Positions 52,139 through 61,701 of a stretch of 64,000 bases of DNA are shown in pieces (within the stretch, counting starts at the first letter, position 1; every line of letters begins with the position of its first letter). The DNA comes from Aureliella sp. Lineage in GTDB: Bacteria; Planctomycetota; Planctomycetia; Pirellulales; Pirellulaceae. The DNA lies in NCBI GenBank assembly GCA_963691875.1, contig OY829846.1:352001-416000 (forward strand), given 5' to 3'. The notes beneath the pieces are model-generated. The model searched no databases. It saw only the letters and a list, made by a program, of their open reading frames with translations, and was not told the origin of the DNA. Made by a program: the position numbers and the translations under genes.

Positions 52139-52178
52139 CGAACACTAATAAACATGAACCGGATGGGTTCCGGAGAAT

Positions 52179-53516
52179 GTGACTGAAGAAGCTAAATTTC
52201 GATCAATAAGAAAACAAAAAACGTCCGACCTCATCAATCCGAATCGACGCGCTTTCCTTCAAACCGCCCTGCTTGGCGCAACGGGCACCGCTCTCCCTTT
52301 CCAGTCCGCCGCTCAATCCTCCGACTCTCAGAGACGCCCTCGAATTCTGCTACGACGCTCCTGGCATTCCATCAACATCGGCGACATCGCGCATACCCTT
52401 GGCACGATCAATTTGATCAACACCTACCTGCCGGAGGTGGAGATCATCCTGTGGCCAAAGAATGTGAAGGACGGAGTGAAGGAGATGATCCAACGCAGGC
52501 TTCCCAATTTGCAGATCATTGAGACGGAGCAGGAAATCGAGAGAGCCTATCAAGAGTGCGATTTCTATCTGCATGGATCGGGACCGGTTCTCCTGAAAAA
52601 GGAAGATCTCCAGAAGTGGCACGAAGAAACGGGTAAACCCTATGGGGTCTTTGGTATTGGCCTCGGTTACAAGACGGCCGTGGAGCAAAGAGACCTCTTG
52701 AATCAAGCCGAGTTTCTTTTCCTTCGGGAAACTATATCGCTGCAGCGAGCAAAGGACTTCGGACTGAAGTGTCCCATCATGGAATTTGGACCGGATGCCA
52801 CCTTCAGCACGGACGTGCGCAATGACGCTGCAGCGGAACGCTTCATGTCAGCCAACGGACTGGAGCATGGCAAGTTCCTTTGCTGTCTCCCGAGGTATCG
52901 TCGATATCCTCTTCCTGTGGGCAAGGAATATTGGGAAGTCTCAACACCGTTTGATCCGAAGGCTCCCGTCGTCGAAAGGAACCACAAGCGCAACGAGGAG
53001 ATGAAAGAACAGGATCATGCGCTCTTGCGCGAGGCGATCATCAGAGTTGTTCGAGAAACTGACATGAAAGTCCTGGTCTGCCCCGAAGACATATCGCAGA
53101 TGTCCCTCGGCAAGGAGATGATCGTCGACAAGCTTCCGGAGGATGTCCGCAAGGATGTCGTATGGAAGGAAAGCTATTGGCTGACCGACGAAGCGATCAG
53201 CGTCTACATCCGGTCTGCCGGGGTGTTCGGGCTGGAGCAGCACTCCCCGATCATGTGCATCGCCCATGGGATCCCGGGGATCGTCGGTCGTTTCCCCGAA
53301 CAGGGCGTGAAAGGAACGATGTGGCGTGACATCGGGCTTGGGGATTGGCTTTTTGACATCGACCTGCCCGAAGATCGTGAGAAATATGTGCCAACCGTTT
53401 TGGAGATAGCCAGGAATCCCGATGCGGCCAGGGATAAGGCAGCATTGGCCCATGGAAGAGTTGAGAAGTTTCAGCGACACATGGTTAACGCGCTGGGAAA
53501 GGCGTTAGGTCAATGA
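52179..53516 (+). CDS. Polysaccharide pyruvyl transferase family protein (Tat signal)
   Basis: NRRAFL, SW..INIGDIAHT, LHGSGP, FLRETISL, FGPDATF, HSPIM, KG.MWRDIGL. Confidence 0.85.
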   Translation: MTEEAKFRSIRKQKTSDLINPNRRAFLQTALLGATGTALPFQSAAQSSDSQRRPRILLRRSWHSINIGDIAHTLGTINLINTYLPEVEIILWPKNVKDGVKEMIQRRLPNLQIIETEQEIERAYQECDFYLHGSGPVLLKKEDLQKWHEETGKPYGVFGIGLGYKTAVEQRDLLNQAEFLFLRETISLQRAKDFGLKCPIMEFGPDATFSTDVRNDAAAERFMSANGLEHGKFLCCLPRYRRYPLPVGKEYWEVSTPFDPKAPVVERNHKRNEEMKEQDHALLREAIIRVVRETDMKVLVCPEDISQMSLGKEMIVDKLPEDVRKDVVWKESYWLTDEAISVYIRSAGVFGLEQHSPIMCIAHGIPGIVGRFPEQGVKGTMWRDIGLGDWLFDIDLPEDREKYVPTVLEIARNPDAARDKAALAHGRVEKFQRHMVNALGKALGQ

Positions 53517-53656
53517 GGGTAACCAACCCGATACACGTGAGTGATTTGAATATCGTGAATCACAGATTCTAAAGTCTGGTGCCGAAAGTCCTGAGACTGG
53601 TTGAAGACGTCAGCACGTGATTTGTGCTTGCGTCGTCTCCTCGATCGGTTGAAGGA

Positions 53657-53850
53657 TCATCCAGACTTAAGGCGATTGAGAACCCGCGTCACGCGAGCAC
53701 GGCTTACACCAAGATGGTGTGCCAATTCGGCTCTCGTCTCGACCTCGCCGGAATCGAGAAGCAACTGGTAGTATCGAGCTTGCTCCATGCCCTCGGGATG
53801 AGGCTTCTTGGGTTCACTTTTGGGCTTTGGAATGCCTAGAATCGGTTTCC
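53657..53850 (-). pseudogene. HTH-containing fragment typical of recombinase-associated island genes
   Basis: ARYYQLLLDSGEVETRAELAHHLGVSRARVTRVL. No convincing start. Confidence 0.55.
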
Positions 53851-54209
53851 AGCAATGGAATTCGACCTTCGGCGATCGTCGTAAGTTGTTGATATAGTAA
53901 GCACCTACCTCAATAAGACCCGATGTTCGCATAGAGTACGGATCGGAGAGCTTTCTGGACGGCCAGTTCAAGGTTAAAAATCGCTCTTGCTGTCGAGTTA
54001 ACGTGCGAAGGTATATCGACCGACCGCAATTCCCGTTCCTTCTTCGAGCTGGCGGTTGGACCCGCCGCCAGCTCGGAGCGATTTTGCTTCGGCGCAGAGG
54101 TGGTTCGGACCGAAGTGAGTTTCGATTCACCGCTCGCCCGCTCCGGCCGGCAGCGCGGCATCCAATTTCGGTCCCACTCTCAACGAGTTCCGGTTCAAAC
54201 GTGAGACGC

Positions 54210-54509
54210 CTACGTTCTACTCTCTGTCACGCTATCCACCTTCTCCTGCATTGATTGTTCGCGGTCCGTGCGAGTTCCGACTTTGATGCTGGTGGTGATC
54301 CGCGGTGCTCCCAGCTCATGAACACGTTTGTGGCATCGCTTGATCGCGGTGAATACCTCGTCCCAGTCGCCTTCGATGTTCGTGCCGTACGCGTGAAGCT
54401 GGTGCTTGAGTCCAGCTTCTTGCAAGACCTTCTGGCACTCCGTCACATATTTGCTAACGGAAACGCCAACTCCCATCGGGACGACGCACAAATCTACGAT
54501 GACTTTCAT
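54210..54509 (-). CDS. MTH1187/YkoF thiamine-binding family protein
   Basis: MKVIVDLCVVPMGVGVSVSKYV..LHAYGTNIEGDWD..GTRTDR.QSM..KV.SV. Confidence 0.95.
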   Translation of the reverse strand: MKVIVDLCVVPMGVGVSVSKYVTECQKVLQEAGLKHQLHAYGTNIEGDWDEVFTAIKRCHKRVHELGAPRITTSIKVGTRTDREQSMQEKVDSVTESRT

Positions 54510-54754
54510 CTCGATTGGTTGCCTCAAATATCAATTGCAAATCTATTCTGAGAGCCAAATCATTGCGGAATAGATCCTCCCTCACAATGTCGTCTATTGA
54601 AGCGTCCCTGTAAATCTACAAGCCGTATGGCCAGCCATGCCTCTTAATCGAATGCAAATAGATCGAGAAAAACTCGGCGAAGCGCCGTCGGAAGTGGATG
54701 CGACCGGGTAGGTCTATTCGCAGAAGAAAGTGTGTCTTTCCAAGTGAGATTTCC

Positions 54755-54952
54755 GTGGCGGATGACCTACAAGACGAAATTCGTGAGAACGCATCGGGGC
54801 CGGCGAAGGCTTCGGGTGATGCGGGCTCGGTTGTGCAGCACAAACTGAAAGATCAAATCGCGGCCGACAATCATCTCGCCGGCAAAGATGCGGTGAAAAA
54901 GCCGCATCGTGGTTTGCGATGCAACAAGATTGTGCCGCCCTCTGCTGGCTGA
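54755..54952 (+). CDS. Small phage head-associated (gpW-like) protein of planctomycete prophage-like elements
   Basis: ADDLQDEIRENASGPAKASGDAGSV.QHKL.DQI.AD..L..K...KIVPP, recognised from memory. Followed by an ORF start at 55011 that the IS cuts. Confidence 0.55.
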   Translation: MADDLQDEIRENASGPAKASGDAGSVVQHKLKDQIAADNHLAGKDAVKKPHRGLRCNKIVPPSAG

Positions 54953-55085
54953 TCTCTTCTCCTCGTGAATGGATAGGGCTGTCAGGATCGACAGCGGGAT
55001 AAGGCACGGGATGCTGAAATTCTTGTCAGGGATAATCGAGCAGCACACGCGCCGGCGATCAACTGATCAGTCCGTCGCTCGTGGA

Positions 55086-55372
55086 CCTCCCCGTGCAGGA
55101 CCCCCAGCGTGAGACTTCGCGGGAGTTCTCTTTTTCGTAAATGCTGATGGGGAAATGGCTTACTGAGTCAGAGGCCGTTTGGGGTCAAAGCGGCACAAAT
55201 GTCACGGCTACGAACGTTCGAACGTGCAGGAGTTCGCGGCTTACGAGCGTCACATCTGGTGTGACGGTGGCCGCGTGTAACGGGACTCGCGTGACGGGTT
55301 GAAGAGTGACGGTGAAACGATGCGTCTGCGTTGAACCGGGACGGGTTCGAATTACTTTGGAGGGCCGAACCC
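55086..55372 (-). ncRNA. Candidate structured RNA, divergent subfamily-1 leader (copy B)
   Basis: Keeps the GAGCGTCACAT core and the terminal block. Minus-strand stems ACTCCC-GCG/CGC-T-GGGGGT, GAACC/GGTTC and CGTCACA/TGTGACG. Confidence 0.4.
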
Positions 55373-55430
55373 GGGGTGCAAAAAGTCCGCTCCGATAGCG
55401 ACTTACCCCGTAAATCACAGCATAATCTCG

Positions 55431-56525
55431 ATGGCGAGCTTCCGAAACGTTTACACCTCTTTGATGCTCGTAATCGCCAAGTCTACGGACAGTGAATTGG
55501 CCCGCCAAGTGAGCTACTTGAAGGCCGAGAACCAGATCCTGCGAAGTCGGCTTCCAAAGCGACTGACTCTGACACAACGCGAGAAGAATCGGCTGGTCCG
55601 ATTCGCCAAGAACCTCGGTTCAGCATTGAATGAGCTAGCGACGATCGTTCATCCATCGACGATCCGTCGCTGGATTCGAGAAGACTCGGGCAAGAAGCGA
55701 AAGCAAAAGCCCAACAAGGGAAGGCCGAGAACCGGGGAGGATATCGAGAAGCTGATTCTGAAACTCGCTAAAGATACCGGATGGGGTTACACCCGGATTC
55801 TTGGCGAACTCAAGAAGCTTGGCATCGAGTCGGTGACTCGAAATACTGTGAAGAACATTCTGAAACGCAACGGCTACGAAACGGGACCTGAGCGTGGCCC
55901 AGGCACCTGGGATGAGTTCCTGAAACGTCACGCGGCAACCATGTGGCAATGCGACTTTTTCTCGAAGAAGATCGTCTCGAAAACCGGTCTTCGGGACGTG
56001 TTCGTTCTCGTATTTCTGCACGTTGAGACACGTCGAGTATTCATCACGCCGGCGACGTACAAGCCCGATCAAGAGTGGATGGTCGAGCAAGCTAAGGAGT
56101 TCATTCGTCACAGCAAAGCCGAGAAGCTGCCCTGCGAAATCCTGATGCACGACAACGACGGCAAATACTCGCAACCGTTTCTCGACGCATTCAAGAACAA
56201 GAAGATCGAGACTCGAAGAACGGCCGTTCGGTCACCGAATACAGTTGCATTTGTCGAGCGGTTTGTGCAAACGATCAAGCAGGAGTGCATCGATCACTTC
56301 ATCGTGTTCGGCGAGAAGCACATGGGTCTGCTATGTTCCGAGTTTCGCGAGCACTACCACCTGGAGCGCCCTCATCAGGGGCTGGAAAACGAGCGACCAA
56401 CCCACGTGACGACCAAGAAGTCTAGCAATCCGCATGATCCCGCCGATACGATTCGGTTGTCCGATATCCGATGCAAAGATCGCCTCGGCGGACTGTTGAA
56501 AAGCTACTCATGGAGAGCGGCATAA
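55431..56525 (+). CDS. rve integrase-core DDE transposase (364 aa)
   Basis: Zipper LARQVSYLKAENQIL, HTH segments, WQCDFF / HDNDGKY / VERFVQTIKQE, C-terminal RLGGLLKSYSWRAA. Confidence 0.95.
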   Translation: MASFRNVYTSLMLVIAKSTDSELARQVSYLKAENQILRSRLPKRLTLTQREKNRLVRFAKNLGSALNELATIVHPSTIRRWIREDSGKKRKQKPNKGRPRTGEDIEKLILKLAKDTGWGYTRILGELKKLGIESVTRNTVKNILKRNGYETGPERGPGTWDEFLKRHAATMWQCDFFSKKIVSKTGLRDVFVLVFLHVETRRVFITPATYKPDQEWMVEQAKEFIRHSKAEKLPCEILMHDNDGKYSQPFLDAFKNKKIETRRTAVRSPNTVAFVERFVQTIKQECIDHFIVFGEKHMGLLCSEFREHYHLERPHQGLENERPTHVTTKKSSNPHDPADTIRLSDIRCKDRLGGLLKSYSWRAA

Positions 56526-56785
56526 CTTCTTCGAGCAGACTTTTTGCACGGGGCGGGACTCTAGCCGTCTATGTACATCATGCCGGAGCGGCTCACTGAT
56601 TGGGCCGGACAGAAAGGTCGCTCGTTTCTTCGCGTTCCGCTGACATCGTTTCTGATTGATTCGAAATATAGACCGTTTCAGCAGATCCGTTGCCATTGCG
56701 TTCAAGTTGCTTCGATTGTTCAGCCCACGATTTCGACGTTTGAGCATCACTCCACTGCCCGGTGCAGGCACAATTCGCAGGCGGC

Positions 56786-58162
56786 TCACGGTTTTCCAAC
56801 CACTTTCATCTGAGTGACATCGTAGTACCCTTCGTCGCCCCGGACTCTGCCAATCCCGGATTGCTTGAAACCTCCGAATGGTGCGTGATTTGAAAAATAA
56901 CTGGCTCCGTTGATACTCACTTGACCAGCTTCGAGATCAGTAACGATTCTATTGATCGTTCGCTCGTTATCGCAGTAAACGAAGGCGCTCAGTCCATACG
57001 TTGAATCATTAGCGAGCCGAATCGCCTGGTCTACATTTTCAAAGGCGACCACTGGTAGCAATGGTCCAAACACCTCTTCCTGTACGATTGGGGAGTCGTT
57101 CTGGGCTCCCGTCACAATCGTTGGTTCGAGAAAAGCCCCGTTGAGATTGGCAGGACGAATTCCTCCCGTTCTCACCTTCGCCCCTTGCTGGATGGCTCGT
57201 TCCAGTTGATCCTCGAGTAAGTCAACCTGCCTTGTGGCGGCGAGAGGTCCCAGTGTCGTGTTGGCGTCTAATGGATCGCCAATCACTTGCTGCTCAGCCA
57301 GCAGACAAAGCTCGTCAACGAGTGCATCAAAGACCGCGTCTTGCACATAGAGTCGTTTGAGTGCGCAGCAAATCTGTCCACAATTCTTAAACCTTTCGTA
57401 GAAGATTGAGCGTGCAGCCTCTCTTACGTCGACATCTGCAGTAACGATCGCAGGCGATGACCCTCCCATTTCCAGCGTCACCGGGACAAACTTCTCCGCC
57501 GCCCTCCTGTAGATCTCTTTTCCGACCGCCGAACTCCCGGTGAAGTGAATGAAATTCACGTCCTGCTGAAGCAGCGCTTCGCCGACGTCTCTATCGCCGT
57601 AGAGAATTTGAAAAACTCCTTTTGGCAGCTGAGCTTCTTCGATTAAGGATGCCAAGAGTTTGGAGGTGAGCACGCACTCCTCGGAATGCTTTAGGATTAC
57701 GGCATTACCGGCAAGGAGCGTCTGTGATGAATTCGCTACAAACTGACCCGTGGGGAAATTCCACGGAGTGATGACCGCTGCCACGCCGTACGGCTCATAG
57801 CACGCTACCGTTTTGTGTGTTGAGTATGAATCAAGGATCTTCGGCGCAAGCAGTTTCGCTGCCTTTTCCGTCTGGTTCTTCAAAAAACGAAGCGCACTTA
57901 CCAGTTCTTGGTGGCTCTCGCTGATCGGTTTGCCCATTTCTTTTGACTGCAGCTCAGCGACCTCGCCGGCGTGTGCTTCAAGCAGCTCGCGGAATCGGTC
58001 AACGTAGACACAACGATCTTCAATTGCCATCCGCCGCCATGCGGGGCACGCATCTTTTGCGGCCACAGCCGCTGCACTGATCTGTTCGGCCGTGGTGCAC
58101 GGGATACGGCCAACTTCTTCATGCTCTCGGGCGGGATTCAGTGAAATGATTTCGCTATTCAT
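56786..58162 (-). CDS. NAD(P)-dependent aldehyde dehydrogenase
   Basis: ITPWNFP, FTGSS.VG, LEMGG, GQIC, EEVFGP, PFGGFKQSG. Confidence 0.97.
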   Translation of the reverse strand: MNSEIISLNPAREHEEVGRIPCTTAEQISAAAVAAKDACPAWRRMAIEDRCVYVDRFRELLEAHAGEVAELQSKEMGKPISESHQELVSALRFLKNQTEKAAKLLAPKILDSYSTHKTVACYEPYGVAAVITPWNFPTGQFVANSSQTLLAGNAVILKHSEECVLTSKLLASLIEEAQLPKGVFQILYGDRDVGEALLQQDVNFIHFTGSSAVGKEIYRRAAEKFVPVTLEMGGSSPAIVTADVDVREAARSIFYERFKNCGQICCALKRLYVQDAVFDALVDELCLLAEQQVIGDPLDANTTLGPLAATRQVDLLEDQLERAIQQGAKVRTGGIRPANLNGAFLEPTIVTGAQNDSPIVQEEVFGPLLPVVAFENVDQAIRLANDSTYGLSAFVYCDNERTINRIVTDLEAGQVSINGASYFSNHAPFGGFKQSGIGRVRGDEGYYDVTQMKVVGKP

Positions 58163-58255
58163 CGCGTGTCGATGGAATCGAGGTAATGATGCGTTCGGGT
58201 CTTAGCGCGACTTGCGTCCGGAAGTGTCCGTAGCAGGAAATGAACGCGTAAAGAA

Positions 58256-59743
58256 CTAGGCCTCGTTGTAGATTTGTTCGTGGTGATCCGCAGACTTGTA
58301 GAGATCAACAATTGGACTTGGGTAATCAACACCGATTGTGCATCCGGATCGAGACTGCTCAGCAGGGTGCATTTTCCACGGCGCGTGAATGTGATCTGTT
58401 GGCACATCTGCTAATTCGGGCAGCCAGTGGCGGACGTAATCGCCTTTCGAATCGTACTGATTTGCTTGCTTGAGCGTATTGAACCATCGGAACCCGCGCG
58501 CGTCGTTGCCGATCCCAGCGGTGTAGTTCCAGTTGCCGTAATTGCTAGCCGGATCGTAATCTATCAGCGTCGACTCAAACCATTCCGCTCCCATCCGCCA
58601 GTCAATGCCAAGATTCTTCGTCAGAAAACTAGCGACATTCTGGCGACCACGATTTGACATGAATCCGGTTGCCGCAAGTTCCCGCATATTGGCATCGATC
58701 AAGGGATATCCTGTCAGCCCGTCACGCCAAGCGTTGAAGCGATTATGGTCGACTTTCCATGGCAGTTTCAACTGTCGCAAGCCACCAACTTGAAATACTC
58801 TTGTGCCGTGCTTGGCCATCACCAACGAAAAGTAGTCTCGCCACAACAATTCAAAGACCAGCCAATAAGTCGACTGGTTCTTCACACGTTCGTCTTCGTA
58901 TCGACGGACAAGCTCGTAGACTTTTCGTGGTGACAAACAGCCATGTGCGAGCCACGGTGACAGCTTGGAACTGTAGTCGGCTCCTAGCATTCCATTGCGA
59001 GTCTCTTTGTATGCGCGTAGACAGTCTTTACGGAAAAAATACTCGTCGATCCTTGCGAGTCCGCTTGATTCGCCCCCAACAAATCCAATTGACCTGCGTG
59101 GCTCAGCCGGTGGCACCTCAGGGAATAGCTCAATGAGCTGCTCGAATCGCGGGTCGCTTACTTCAAAGACACTTTCTGGTAACTCGATATCGTTGACCGT
59201 TGGCACGGCTGAGGGGGTTGAATGGATCGGTCGCACGTCCACTTTCGCTTCGACTTTACGGCGAAACTTGGAGAATACTTCGGGCAGGTCGGATACCGAA
59301 AAGGGGAGATCATCGGTGTCGTACAACGTATTTGGCGGCGACACACGCAGCTCGATTCCCTTTCGCTTCAGATGTCGGCGAACGCGACGCTCAATTCGAT
59401 TCTCTTCGTTCGCGACCTCGTGAGTGCAATGGATGCTTTCGGGCGAAATGTTGTCAGCGATCGAGGACAGACACGATTCCGTGGGTCCGTAAGCAATCAG
59501 AAGCTTGCCACCCAACCGACGCAAAGAACGATCAAGATCGACCAAAGACTCACGCAGGAACTTGGCGCGAAATGGACTTGTCCGACCGAATCCAAAACGC
59601 GTCTTGCCAAACCAGACTGGATCGACGACGAACACAAACACTACACCTCCGCCGTTCTCCGTGGCTGAGCGGCAGGCCCTTGTCAAAGGTTCTTGGTCGT
59701 GAACTCGTAAATCGTTGCGAAACCAGACGACGCTGTGCGGCAT
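58256..59743 (-). CDS. cry: Cryptochrome DASH (photolyase family)
   Basis: WFRNDLRVHD, FSKFRRKVE, YKETRNGMLGADYSSK.SPWLA.GCLSPR, GFMSNRGRQNVASFL, NYGNW.Y.AG.GND.R. Confidence 0.95.
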   Translation of the reverse strand: MPHSVVWFRNDLRVHDQEPLTRACRSATENGGGVVFVFVVDPVWFGKTRFGFGRTSPFRAKFLRESLVDLDRSLRRLGGKLLIAYGPTESCLSSIADNISPESIHCTHEVANEENRIERRVRRHLKRKGIELRVSPPNTLYDTDDLPFSVSDLPEVFSKFRRKVEAKVDVRPIHSTPSAVPTVNDIELPESVFEVSDPRFEQLIELFPEVPPAEPRRSIGFVGGESSGLARIDEYFFRKDCLRAYKETRNGMLGADYSSKLSPWLAHGCLSPRKVYELVRRYEDERVKNQSTYWLVFELLWRDYFSLVMAKHGTRVFQVGGLRQLKLPWKVDHNRFNAWRDGLTGYPLIDANMRELAATGFMSNRGRQNVASFLTKNLGIDWRMGAEWFESTLIDYDPASNYGNWNYTAGIGNDARGFRWFNTLKQANQYDSKGDYVRHWLPELADVPTDHIHAPWKMHPAEQSRSGCTIGVDYPSPIVDLYKSADHHEQIYNEA

Positions 59744-59942
59744 AGGACCCTTCTTTAACGTTGACACCTTTAGATTGTTGCGGGCAATCAACCTTTCGCG
59801 GGTCTCATAACGAGTCCTTTTCCCATCCTGGCTTCACCAGTTTTGGGGAGAGGAGTGAACATGTCTATATTCTCCTGGTGGGAGAAGGTCTAAATGCTGT
59901 CAGTGCCAAATTCGACTTAACCCCGCCAAAATCAAACTCGGC

Positions 59943-60515
59943 ATGATGAATAACGTCTCTGAAGTTACCAGGGAAATGCGTGGAGAGTCACTGCAACGAA
60001 CTGGCACGGCCAGCACCAGGGGTCGCCTGCGCCATCGTGGAATCCTGGTTTGCTGGTCGATAGGCTCGGCCGTGCTCTGGTTTGCCGGTGGTGGCCTCAC
60101 GGCTTTGGGCCTCGGCGACTGGTACGAGGCCCTCAATTTTCCACCCTATCAGCCACCCGGCTGGCTATTCACGCCGATGTGGCTGGTGATATTGAGCTTG
60201 CTGGCAGTCGCCTCGTGGAAGATCACGACGGTAGACGGAAGAACGAACGATCGTCGTGTCGGTTTCGCATTGCTGCTTTACGGATTCCAATTCGGACTGA
60301 ACCTAGGATGGTCTTTGCTATTCTTCGCAGTCCGTCGGCCGGATGTTGCTTTGTGGGAGATCATCGTGTTGGACGCCGTCGTTCTGTTGATGATCTGTGT
60401 CTACGGTCGAATATCAAAACGTGCGGGGTTACTGCTCGTTCCCTACCTGGTCTGGCTTCTGTATGCGACCGCCATCAATTGGTGGATTGCGTACCACAAT
60501 GGACCGTTCGGTTGA
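59943..60515 (+). CDS. tspO: TspO/MBR tryptophan-rich sensory protein
   Basis: WYEAL..P..QPPGWLF.P.W, LNLGWS.LFF, LLVPYL.WL.YA. Confidence 0.92.
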   Translation: MMNNVSEVTREMRGESLQRTGTASTRGRLRHRGILVCWSIGSAVLWFAGGGLTALGLGDWYEALNFPPYQPPGWLFTPMWLVILSLLAVASWKITTVDGRTNDRRVGFALLLYGFQFGLNLGWSLLFFAVRRPDVALWEIIVLDAVVLLMICVYGRISKRAGLLLVPYLVWLLYATAINWWIAYHNGPFG

Positions 60516-60549
60516 TAACCGCCCCGTGCAAAAAGTCTGCTAGAAGAAG

Positions 60550-61643
60550 CTATGCCGCGTTTCGCGAGTAGCTTTTCAACAAACCGCCGAGGCGCTCTTT
60601 GCATCGGATATTGGACAACTGAACCGTATCGACGGGATTCGGCAACCTACCAGATGTCTTGGTTTTCATCTGGGTTGGTCGCTCGTTTTCCAGCCCGTGA
60701 TGAGGCCGCTCCAGGTGGTAGTGCTCGCGAAACTCGGAACATAGTAGACTCATGTGCTTCTCGCCGAAGACGATGAAGTGATCGATGCACTCCTGCTTGA
60801 TCGTTTGCACGAATCGCTCGACGAAGGCCACGGTGTTCGGCGACCGAATAGCTGTTCGCCGAGTCTCGATTTTTGGTTCGTGAACGTGGCGAGGAATGGT
60901 TTCGAGTACTTTCCGTCGTTGTCGTGCATCAGGATTTTGCAGGGCAATTTCTCTGATTCGGTGTGACGAATGAACTCATCTGCTTGCTCGACCATCCACT
61001 CTTGGTCGGGCTTGTACGTCGCAGGCGTCATGAAAACTCGACGCGTCTCAACGTGCAGGAACACAAGAACGAACACGTCCCGCAGCCCGGTCTTCGAGAC
61101 GATCTTCTTGGAAAAGAAATCGCATTGCCACATGGTCGAAGCATGGCGTTTGAGGAAGTCATCCCAGGTGCCTGGACCACGCTCCGGGCCCGTTTCATAG
61201 CCGTTGCGTTTCAGAATATTCTTCACAGTATTTCGAGTGACCGACTCAATGCCAAGCTTCTTGAGTTCGCAAAGAATCCGAGTGTAACCCCAGCCGGTAT
61301 CCTTAGCCAGTTTCAGTATTAGCTTCTCGATGTCTTGTGCCGTTCTTGGCCGCCCCTTCTTGGGCTGTTGCTTTCCCTTCTTGCCCGAATCTTCTCGGAT
61401 CCAGCGACGGATCGTTGATGGATGAACGATCGTTGCCAGCTCATTCAATGCTGAACCGAGGTTCTTGGCGAATCGGACCAGCCGATTCTTTTCCCGCTGT
61501 GTCAGAGTCAGTCGCTTTGGAAGCCGGCTTCGCAAGATCTGGTTTTCGGCCTTCAGGTAGCTCACTTGGCGGGCCAATTCCTTGTCTGTGGACTTGGCGA
61601 TTACGAGCATTAAAGAAGTGTAAATGTTTCGGAAGCTCGCCAT
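60550..61643 (-). pseudogene. rve transposase with a frameshift near 60870
   Basis: ORFs 60750-61679 and 60550-60831 together give the 364-aa protein. Confidence 0.9.
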
Positions 61644-61701
61644 CGAAATTATGCTGTGTTTTGCAGGGAAAGTTGCCATCGGAGCGGACTTTTTGCACCC
61701 C

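Larger units (their letters stand above)
55086..56556 (+). mobile_element. Subfamily-1 transposon copy B (intact transposase, short right end)
   Basis: CCTCCCCGTGCA...TGCACGGGGCGG with inner repeat GGGGTGCAAAAAGTCCGCTC at 55373. GGAC flanks both sides if the termini are 55087 and 56555. Confidence 0.92.

Noticed and set aside
55243..55249. ACGAGCG in leader B matches the reverse complement of its left flank, suggesting a guide-target pair
   Set aside because: Only 7 nt, mostly within the conserved core, and copies A and C show no equivalent match to their own flanks.
60831..60880. Programmed frameshift in the transposase of copy C
   Set aside because: Copy B encodes the same region in one frame and copy A is broken elsewhere, so these are inactivating indels or sequencing errors.
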